Positions 47,636 through 57,839 of a stretch of 57,839 bases of DNA are shown here, one piece after another (the first letter of the stretch is position 1; each line of letters begins with the position of its first letter). The position numbers and the translations under genes are program-made. The notes below the pieces were generated by a model, which was not told the origin of the DNA, ran no database searches, and was given only the letters and a program-made list of their open reading frames with translations. The stretch comes from Chara braunii (taxonomy: Eukaryota > Plantae > Charophyceae), in NCBI GenBank assembly GCA_003427395.1, contig BFEA01000025.1, forward strand, positions 949,625-1,007,463. Reading direction: 5' to 3'.

Positions 47636-49068
47636 CATGTGAGAGTTGAGCCACGCATGTGAGTGGGACTTGCTCGAACAAACACTCATGGCTCATTAAT
47701 GCAACCAAGTTTGAAACGGAATGTCATTATGTGAGAGTTGAGCTATGCATGTGAGTGAGACTTGCTCAAACACATGTTTATGGCTCATGAATATAACGAA
47801 GTTTGAAACGGAATGTCATCATGTGATAGTTGAGTCACGCATGTGAGTGAGACTTGCTCAAACACACGCTCATCGCTCATGAATGCAACCAAGTTTGAAA
47901 CGGAATGTAATCATGTGAGAGTTGAGCTATGCATGTGAGTGAGACTTGCTCAAACACATGCTCATGGCTCATGAATGCAACCAAGTTTGAAACGGAATGT
48001 CATCNNNNNNNNNNNNNNNNNNNNNNNNNNNNNNNNNNNNNNNNNNNNNNNNNNNNNNNNNNNNNNNNNNNNNNNNNNNNNNNNNNNNNNNNNNNNNNNN
48101 NNNNNNNNNNNNNNNNNNNNNNNNNNNNNNNNNNNNNNNNNNNNNNNNNNNNNNNNNNNNNNNNNNNNNNNNNNNNNNNNNNNNNNNNNNNNNNNNNNNN
48201 NNNNNNNNNNNNNNNNNNNNNNNNNNNNNNNNNNNNNNNNNNNNNNNNNNNNNNNNNNNNNNNNNNNNNNNNNNNNNNNNNNNNNNNNNNNNNNNNNNNN
48301 NNNNNNNNNNNNNNNNNNNNNNNNNNNNNNNNNNNNNNNNNNNNNNNNNNNNNNNNNNNNNNNNNNNNNNNNNNNNNNNNNNNNNNNNNNNNNNNNNNNN
48401 NNNNNNNNNNNNNNNNNNNNNNNNNNNNNNNNNNNNNNNNNNNNNNNNNNNNNNNNNNNNNNNNNNNNNNNNNNNNNNNNNNNNNNNNNNNNNNNNNNNN
48501 NNNNNNNNNNNNNNNNNNNNNNNNNNNNNNNNNNNNNNNNNNNNNNNNNNNNNNNNNNNNNNNNNNNNNNNNNNNNNNNNNNNNNNNNNNNNNNNNNNNN
48601 NNNNNNNNNNNNNNNNNNNNNNNNNNNNNNNNNNNNNNNNNNNNNNNNNNNNNNNNNNNNNNNNNNNNNNNNNNNNNNNNNNNNNNNNNNNNNNNNNNNN
48701 NNNNNNNNNGAGTCACGCATGTGAGTGAGACTTGCTCAAACATACGCTCATGGCTCATGAATGCAACCAAGTTTGAAACGGAATGTCATCATGTGAGAGT
48801 TGAGTCGTGCATGTGAGTGAAACTTGCTCAAACACACGCTTATGACTCATGAATGCAACCAAGTTTGAAACGAAATGTCATCATGTGAAAGTTGAGCTAT
48901 GCATGTGAGTGATACTTACTCAAGCACATGCTCATGGCTCATGAATACAACCAAGTTTGAAACAGAATGTCATCATGTGAGAGTTGAGCCATGTATATGA
49001 GTGAGACTTGCTCAGGCACATGCTCATGGCTCATGAATGCAACCAAGTTTGAAACGGAATGTCATCAT
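47636..49068. repeat. 92-bp satellite spanning a gap
   Basis: atgtga(g/t)agttgag at 47637, 47729 and 47821; continues after the Ns. Confidence 0.95.
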
Positions 49069-49073
49069 CTACT

Positions 49074-49650
49074 ATGTGAGTGAAAAGCACAACCTAAGTT
49101 AATTTAAAACACAAGTCTTGAGCATGAGATCATCCATGGAAGGATCGGAGCATCACCTACTAGCATGTGAGTGAAAAACAAGAGATAGAGTAGACAAAAT
49201 CACAAGTTTTGAGCATGAGATCATCCATGGAAGAATTGGAGCACTACGTACTAGCATGTGAGTGAAAAGCAAGAAATTGAGTAGACCAAATCACAAGTTT
49301 CGATCATGAGATCATCCATAGAAGAATCGGAGCACTACCTACCAGTGTGTGAGTGAAAAACAAGAGATAGAGTAGTCCAAATCACAAGTTTTGCGCATGA
49401 GATCATCCATGGAAGAATCGGAGCACTACCTACTAGCATGTGAGTGAAAAGCAAGAGATAGAGTAGACAAAATCACAAGTTTTGAGTATGAGATCATCCA
49501 TGGAAGAATCAGAGCACTACCTACTAGTGTGTGAATGAAAAGGAAGACTTAGAGTAGCCTAAATCACAAGTTTTGAACATGAGTTCATCCATAGAAGAAT
49601 CGGAGCACTACCTACTACTATGTGAGAAGAAAGCAAGAGATGTAGTAGAC
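49074..49650. repeat. 91-bp satellite, about 6 copies
   Basis: atgtgagtgaaaa at 49165, 49256 and onward. Confidence 0.95.
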
Positions 49651-49911
49651 CACTGGGAAGAAGAAGAGGAAGAAGAAAAAGAAGGAGATAAAGAAGAAGA
49701 AAAAGAATGGAAGAAGAGGAAAGAGAAGAAGAAGAAGACGGAGAAGGAGAATAGAAGAAGGAGGAGAAGAAGAAGAAGAAGAAGAAGAAGGTAGAGAAGG
49801 AGAGGGAGAGGAAAAAGAATGAAGAAGAGGGAGAAAAAGAGAAAGAGAAAAAAGAGGGGGGAAGAAGAAGAAGAAGAAGAAGGAGANNNNNNNNNNNNNN
49901 NNNNNNNNNNN

Positions 49912-49946
<35 letters not shown>

Positions 49947-52900
49947 AGAAGGAGCCTCTTCTTCTTTCCACTCACCTTGTTGATGTCTTGGAGATGAAGT
50001 CTCAACCTTGATGAGACTTCTTCCTCCTTACTAAAATACTTCCTTGTCTATGGCTTCCTTCTTCCTCAAGCCTCTCTCTCCTTCCTCTCTCACTCTACCC
50101 AAGCTATGGCAAACTCCTCTTACTATGGCTTTGGAGTCCTCCCCTCTAGGAGGGCTAATGGGACTCCCTCTAGTCTTTCTCTCTTCCACACATCCTGGGG
50201 GCTATGGCGGATCACCTCCCTAGTGCCAGCCTCACTTCCACTAACCCTCTAGAGCTCTCTCCCCTTGCTCATAGTCTCCTCTAAGCTCCCAAACTGGCAT
50301 GGGTTCCCCTCTCCTCTCTCCAAGTGAAAGAGTGTTTATGTGAGCTCACTTGGGCAGCATGGACACTCCTCGTGCAATTGCGAATGTGGGGGACTGAATT
50401 CCCAGCTTATGTAGGCTAAAACCAGCAATCCGGCCGGCCCATGGGCCTCCCCATGTGCCTTGAAGTGAACCGAGGTATCCCCAAGGCAAAATTTCACTAC
50501 TATGTCCTTCCGGAGGTATCCGGACCTCATTTTGGTCAAGTAAATGTAGTCTGAGTAGTTGGTACCAACGCGGATGGCCTCTTGGCCTCTTTCGGCATCC
50601 TTTTCACTTCAAAAATGGGCAACTTCACTTGAGAGAAAAAAACCTAGTGGGTCTTTTTTTCGTTTTTTTCAGTTTTTACCCCATTTTGGGTAGACCGAGA
50701 TATTTTCCCATGTAGCGGTGCATATTGAACCTTGGATCTGACTGAGATCCAAGGCCAACAATATTCCATGTCACCTCCAAGTAAACCTTGCTTCAAATTT
50801 GAGGCCCAAAATCCATTTTTTCATTTTTTTGCGCATCTGGCTCTCTTTTTGGGCCAAATGCACATTTTTTATCTCTTTCTCTTTTTTATTTCTTTCCATT
50901 TTTTACTGCCACCTCATTCCGGAGCTAACTGTCTTTTTAAGCTGGCCCACAAAAAACGGTTAGTTCCTCTCTACCATGAGATCTTATCTCAGATCCATGG
51001 TTAAAAAAAAAACGGTCATTTTCTTTTTGCATTTTCCCTTATTTTCTTCTTTTTAATTCAGATTTTGTGGGGATATGGCCTCAAGGACCATATTTCTGCA
51101 ATCCAGATTGCCCTCCCTCATTCTAGGAGGGATGAGATCACATGTGGGACCTGCCAGTCCCTACTGTGCAGGTCCCAATAGGCCGACACATCCTCCTCCA
51201 CTTTTTTCTCCCCGTTTGTCTTATTCATCCTCTATTTTCACTTTTTGTTTTTTTCTTTTTCTTTTATTTCAGTTGTGTCAAGTGCCAAATAGCTGTGCAC
51301 CCTCTTTCAAGGCCTTGGGGTCTCAGTCAAAGCCAGGTTCATGGCTGGCACTTGGTCGTTATATCTCGGATTACAATATTGGCACCCCCATGCTCCTAGG
51401 GGGTTCCATTTTGCCTCCGTTAGTTTCAATTTTTAGCCCCTTTTGCTCCGATTTTTTTTGGGCAGCCTTTTTTTTATGTTGAGCCCCTTGAGTCTCTATT
51501 TTCTCATGCCTAGCTAGTCCGAAATATCTTGGACTGTTGGGCAACCCTCCCAACACCATTATTTCACTCTCTTTTCTCTCATGACTCTCCCTCTTGCCCC
51601 CACTAGCACTAGCGGTGCTAATATTTTTCACCGTCTAGATCCTCGATCTTGACGGTGCCGTTTGCTTGCGCAATTATTTCTTGTGTTGGCTCATGGTTCC
51701 CTTGGGGCATCTCAAGTCCCCGCCACTTTCCTCCGTATTAGTTTCGTTTTCTAGTCTCGCCGGTGATCCCGCCGGCGCGTGTCCCGTTTTTCGACTTTTA
51801 TTATTTGGGTCCACTTGGTTCCCGACAACATCCCGGGTGGTGTCCCATTTTTATTTTTGGGACCCCCTTACCCTTGGTGGTTCCAATATTCCTTCCTTGG
51901 GTGCCACACGTGTATCGATTTTTCTCGGTCGTGAGATTTCATCTCACATTTGCCGTTTACCGTCCCTACTTGCCCCATGCTGGAATCACCTCTTTCCAGC
52001 CTTTTTGGCTTGCCGCGGCGCATTTTCCCTTAGCCTAGGCATCCTCATGCAGTCCGTTATTTCTCGGACGACAATCATAGTCATTTTTCTAGTCTCACAG
52101 CCCCACAACTTGCCCCATACTAAAAGAAAATGAAACGTTTAATTTCTAAGTGCATCCGGGCTCAATATTGGCTCCGGCTGTACCTAAAACATGTGTTTTT
52201 TTTTCCCCATGCAGTCCGTTGCAACTCGGACTGCAATAGGGGTCAATTTCCTAGCCCCAATGCCCCACAACTAGCCCTTGAAAGAAAAAGAAACGGCCAA
52301 CTCCCAAGTACATCCGGGCTCAATTTTGACTCCGGATGCACCTAACACATGTGTTTCTCCTCCCCCATGTAATCCGTTATTTTTCGGTTGCATGACACCT
52401 TTATTTTCTTTGATTTTCTCTGCAAAAAGTCAAAGAAAATCAAAGTCCATTGTAACCGCGATATTCCAGAATGAATCTGGTCACAGATGTATTTCCCCAA
52501 GTGATCGTTTTTTACCGTTAATGTTTTTTTCTCTTTTCTTTTCTTTTCGTTTTTCTTTTCTTTTCTTTTTCCTCCTTTCTTGGACAGTAGGGACGTGCCA
52601 GTCCCTACTTGTGGCAGTCCCTACTGACGGCCAACTCACTCACTCCCTCTCACTCTTTTTGTCTTATTCTTCTACTTTTTTTTTTTTTTTTTTTTTTTTT
52701 TGCATGCCAAGTGTCATGTAGTCGTTAAGGCTTTTTTTTAGGCCCTTCCTCTTAGTTTTGGCCCTTCGTATGCCCAAGGTGTAGTCCGTTATATCTCGGA
52801 CTGCAATAATGGTCTTCTCATGTCCATTGGAGTTTCTCATTCCCTCTATTTTTCTTCCATAGTGGGCCCTCCTACTTCAATTTTCTCTCGGACGCCTATT

Positions 52901-53078
52901 TTTCTCATGGGATCTCTTTTGACTCAATTTTCTTAAGGGAGGCTGATCCGAGATTTTTCGAATTGCTCCCATCAAGATCGAGATCTTGACGGTACACCTT
53001 GTCTTAATTATTTTTCCTTCATGTGGTGTCGACGTTTCCTCTTGAGACCTTCATATGTCCCCGCCACTTTCCAGTCGA

Positions 53079-53170
53079 TGGTCCCCGACACTTAGTCCCG
53101 TCGGTGGTCCCCGACACTTAATCTCACCGGTGGTTCCCGACACTTAGTCCCGCCGGTGGTCCCCGACATA
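53079..53170. repeat. 26-bp tandem repeat, 3.5 copies
   Basis: tggtccccgacacttagtcccg(c/t)cgg. Confidence 0.9.
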
Positions 53171-53699
53171 TTTTGTCCCGGATACCATTATTTTTACTTA
53201 ATCCCACGTGGCCCCTGGTGCCTTTCTCCAAGGTGTCCCACGTTTCTTGGGTGCTTGCCGCCCCACAGTGACCCCTCTCTCTTGCCTTTTCTTGCGCCTT
53301 GCTCGCGCTATTTTTCTCCAGCCGTGGGGCCTCCAACCTGAGGCTCCCGTTAATTGTCATAGGTGGCCACCACGTTGACCCTTATTCTCTAGCTTTTCAC
53401 GGCCTCCGGGGCCGTCCACCTCTTGACTTCCTCATTCTTTTATCGTTGTCGTGCCGTGTTCGTTGGTCAGTGGTCCCTTGGTCTTAGTCCTGTTGAATTT
53501 AAACGACCCTCCTGGCCTCATGCTATGTTCTATGTGGCCCCATCCTCGCGCTTACTTGCTTGTCATTACTGGTCTTTCCTTCCCGCGGTTCTCGACCAAG
53601 GGCATCACTCCCTCCTGCGGCCTAATTTTTTTTTTTTTTCTCTCTCTTTCCTCCTTACTCCAGATTTATCTGTCGTGCACAATCTGGCTATATACAGTC

Positions 53700-54790
53700 T
53701 CTCAAGTGATAGGATGTTATTCGGGACCCACCAGTCCCGACACCGTATCTGGCGGAAATTGGTGCCGGATACTCCCTAGCTCTGGTCATGGCAAGCCATA
53801 CTGGTTGGGTATTGGTCATAGGCATGATCAACCACGACATTCACAAAAAACATGTATACGATTGGAAGAAGGACCATGCTACGGACACTTTGGTGGTAGA
53901 GATGCACCTTGGCTATGGAAAAGGTACGGGTAGAGGGGGCAGAGATCACTGAACAAATCCAACAGCTAGTTCAGAGATTACTGAAGAGATCCAACAACTA
54001 GTTCTCCTTGAACTCACACGTAGATGGCTGGACACCAAAGCACAATTGAATTCCTTTAAACAAATCGCTGATGTTAGGAAACGGATTACGATATTTTGCA
54101 GGGACTGGTTAGGTTGGGAAAGAGAAGGATGGGTTGCAAAAGTAATGTGGAGTTGAGGAAGGGTCGCACGATTTGGAAGACCTAAGGGACTACCATCTCA
54201 TTTTTAAAGACTGGACAAGCATAGAGCGCCCATTCCCATTACATCCTCCCTCGATTTTCCAGACCCTTTCCCGCCCCATGCCCTGTCAATGGTTGAAATT
54301 CTATCATGATTCCAACATCCAAAACCCCCTTGTCTTTATCAAACTTCCGCTATATTCCTTAGAGACGCCCCCGGATGGGCGTCCTCCCTGGTGCCCCCTG
54401 GGGAGGACCTCGCATATATAGAATACAAACATTCGGAGCTATCGGGACAATGAACTGTTGTTAAATTGGAAGCATTAGAGGGATCTGCAACAACAGATAG
54501 CGCTTGAGGAAGGGAGGAGCTAATTCTGTAGTTTTAGACGTCTGGCGCCCAGTACCGGGGTGAAGAGGTTTCTCTCCCCTCCTCTGACAACCTGCGCGGT
54601 CAATCCTCTTTATACCAGAGTAATCAATGCTGGCAGAGTTAACAATCACTTTTTCATTCTGCTTTCCTATTCTGTAAAGGGACGCTGGACCCGTTTTCCA
54701 GCAGGTGACGCTCCCCACCAATAGATGGAGCCCCCTCGGATGCTAGCGGTGTCTGCTCTTACCAACACCATTAGCATTGCAGGGTGTGCG

Positions 54791-54821
<31 letters not shown>
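53700..54821 (+). mobile_element. Probable 3' end of a LINE (ORF2 C-terminus, 3' region, poly(A))
   Basis: Decayed frame IWRKLVP...LWSWQAILVG...MLRTLWW*RC resembles L1-type ORF2 ends; A27 tail at 54795-54821. Confidence 0.55.
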
Positions 54822-55600
54822 GTACAAATTAAAGTCAAAATACTGTTCAATTTGCAACCCTAAGGCTGCGGTATAGTGGGCTTCGGTGTCTGCGTCAAGG
54901 TGTCGCATTTTCGGCGGCGGGCGACCAAGACGCAAAGTGGGTTTTTATGGGGCAAAAGTTTGGGGGGGACCGGTCCTTGGAAAAATTGGGGACTACCTAC
55001 AGGCAACTCTGGAATGACCGGGCCTTTCGGAAAAAGCAAGGACCGGTCTTCGGGTGGAAGTGGACACCAAAAAGAAGTGGGGAGCGTTGGACCGGTCCTC
55101 GGTAGAAGCGGACCCTAAAAAGAAGTGAGGGGATGTGAGGGCCCTAAGGCCCAGATGTTGAGCCCCGTCTTCTCAAAGCCGGGACGTTGGCACAACGAAA
55201 CATGCGTTTTTCAAGAGGAACCTTTGGCGATTTTTTGTGCTCAGACAAACCCGCAAAAAAATCTGAAATTTTTGAGAATCCATAAACGAGGTCCTGTTCT
55301 TCCCAGGAATAATATTGAAACATTTTTAAAAAATCATTTAGACTGCGAAATAATCGTCGCGCAAATTCGGCACATTTTTCATTTTTGCCACTCAGCCATG
55401 TGTGGGCCAACTAAAAAAGTACTCCAAATTCAGTGAGTTTTCCCACTCAGAAGAATGCATGAAAAAACCTGAAAGTTGGAGAACTCGTAGATTTTGTTGT
55501 GACATTTCCAGGAAATACGCTCAGTAAATTAAAAAAAATCATTCCAACTGTTAAATAGATCGCGGCCGCAATTTGACCCATATTTCAATTTTGCCATTCA

Positions 55601-55603
<3 letters not shown>

Positions 55604-55647
<44 letters not shown>

Positions 55648-55745
55648 GTAGCCCCCCCCTCTCCCTCTCTCTCTATCTCGCCTTCTTTCTCTCTCACTCT
55701 CTGTTTCTCTCTCTCTCACTCATATCAACAAATGGAACAAAACTT

Positions 55746-55827
<82 letters not shown>

Positions 55828-55912
55828 GTAGCCCCCTCCCTCCCTCTCTCTCTATCTCTCTTTCTTTCTCTCTCTTTGTCTCTCTCTCACACTCATAATA
55901 ATAAATGGATAA

Positions 55913-55977
<65 letters not shown>

Positions 55978-56058
55978 GGTAGCCCCCTCCCTCCCTCTCT
56001 CTCTATCTCTCTTTCTTTCTCTCTCTTTGTCTCTCTCTCACACTCATAATAATAAATG
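55604..56058. repeat. Three tandem units of (CT)n-gtggtagcccc...cactcata..aaatg
   Basis: Directly visible; runs into a gap followed by (CT)n. Confidence 0.9.
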
Positions 56059-56468
56059 NNNNNNNNNNNNNNNNNNNNNNNNNNNNNNNNNNNNNNNNNN
56101 NNNNNNNNNNNNNNNNNNNNNNNNNNNNNNNNNNNNNNNNNNNNNNNNNNNNNNNNNNNNNNNNNNNNNNNNNNNNNNNNNNNNNNNNNNNNNNNNNNNN
56201 NNNNNNNNNNNNNNNNNNNNNNNNNNNNNNNNNNNNNNNNNNNNNNNNNNNNNNNNNNNNNNNNNNNNNNNNNNNNNNNNNNNNNNNNNNNNNNNNNNNN
56301 NNNNNNNNNNNNNNNNNNNNNNNNNNNNNNNNNNNNNNNNNNNNNNNNNNNNNNNNNNNNNNNNNNNNNNNNNNNNNNNNNNNNNNNNNNNNNNNNNNNN
56401 NNNNNNNNNNNNNNNNNNNNNNNNNNNNNNNNNNNNNNNNNNNNNNNNNNNNNNNNNNNNNNNNNNNN

Positions 56469-56535
<67 letters not shown>

Positions 56536-57742
56536 TGCGTTCTTAGTCTCATTGCTTTGGCTACCTTAGGGCTGCGTTCCCCGCGCCCATGCGGTAGACA
56601 ATTCACATTGTGGCTGAGAAACAGAGAGTTAGTGTGAGTGTGAGTGGGTTGTGTGTGGTGTGTGGGAGAGTGTCGGCCTTAGACACTGCTGTTATTCGGT
56701 TGGGGATGGGGGACGATGAAAAGGGAGGCGCAGCTACTGGCAAAATGCTCGGCCTTTGCGTTGGCTGGACCCCCACCGGCGGCCCCACCCCATCCTTGAC
56801 CACCATGGTTGGGGTGGGGGGCAACACGAATCCCCTCTGATGGCTGGAGGGAGACAACAAAGCTATGTTTGCAGGGGTCCCCTGAATACGCCTTAGGAGT
56901 AGTGGTAGGTAGGTAGTAAAAAGGTGAATTGAAACAAGGTAGGTAGTAAAAAGGTGAATTGAAACAATCTGAAAGATGATGAAAGATTTGAGAGAAGAAT
57001 ATAGAGTAGTTATAAAAAGAAAAAGAAAAAGAGAGTTCTTTTTTCTTCCCAAAACAATTGGACCATATCTCGATTTATGAGTGTCATCCTTGCCCTGGGG
57101 CCCTGCTCTGTATCGTTCCAAATTTCGCGGATGTCCCGAAGGATACTGTTCAATTCAAAATACGAGTCAATATAACTGAGAACTACAGGGATTGTCTGAG
57201 GGTACGCTAGCACTACTGGTAGGACTTTCCTGACGGTATCTGTCGGCAATTACGCCCAGATTCGGCAGACAAATGCCAAAAGTTTTCATGCTCTGAAGCT
57301 CTGAGTAAGGAACGGTCATTCAGTTGACGGTACGGCAAAAGGTAGCGGGGGGCGATGTGTGTGGACGGTTGCCGGATTGGGGGGGGAGGGATTGCGTTCC
57401 GTCGTTGGAGGAGATAACAGGTGGGCGCGAACGGAGAACGAGGGAAGGGGAGGGGGTGGTTATGGATTATGGATGGTAATGCAAAGACTGGTGACAGCGG
57501 GAATCGAGCAGGAAGCGGGTAGACGGGAAAGAGGGACAAATGTGAAGAATGCTTGGGGGTCTGTTAATGTATAGAGGGGTCTGTTAATGAATAGCCCCCT
57601 GACGGGTAATTGGTTCGTGGGCAACCACGTTCCCTGCGTATCTCGCCTGTGATGACTGTGGCAATGGCCATGCTTGATCGATGAGCGGATCGCACCGTCG
57701 TTGGACTACGCAATCTTGCACGAACGAGGGGTAGGAGGGAGA

Positions 57743-57745
<3 letters not shown>

Positions 57746-57839
<94 letters not shown>
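57746..57839. repeat. (TG)n(AG)n microsatellite
   Basis: Directly visible. Confidence 0.98.

Overview
This is repeat-rich eukaryotic nuclear DNA with several N gaps. The plant-type U2 fragment, the nad7 NUMT and the TE style suggest a streptophyte, possibly a Chara-like alga (inference). I found no intact host gene. Main contents: (i) a decayed L1/Tx1-like LINE on the minus strand (about 4.6-9.1 kb; ORF1 plus APE endonuclease, RT missing), with about 7 kb of further minus-strand ORF remnants upstream; (ii) a large decayed Ty3/gypsy-like element (about 25.6-43.1 kb) with a duplicated gag, a protease and the RT start, whose RT/RNaseH/integrase core is replaced by a satellite; (iii) three copies of an unclassified dispersed repeat, a U2 snRNA retrocopy with TSD, a nad7 NUMT, a MITE, a LINE 3' end and several 81-92 bp satellites. 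The most unusual signal is an operon-like chain of about 10 tightly packed ORFs upstream of gag, joined by overlapping stop/start codons (ATGA, ATGnnTRR, TGAATG). Five of these ORFs are diverged paralogs of an unknown family that recurs antisense downstream of pol. Each array is preceded by a GC-rich island that can be folded by eye into the same pseudoknot topology. All alignments and folds were done by eye.
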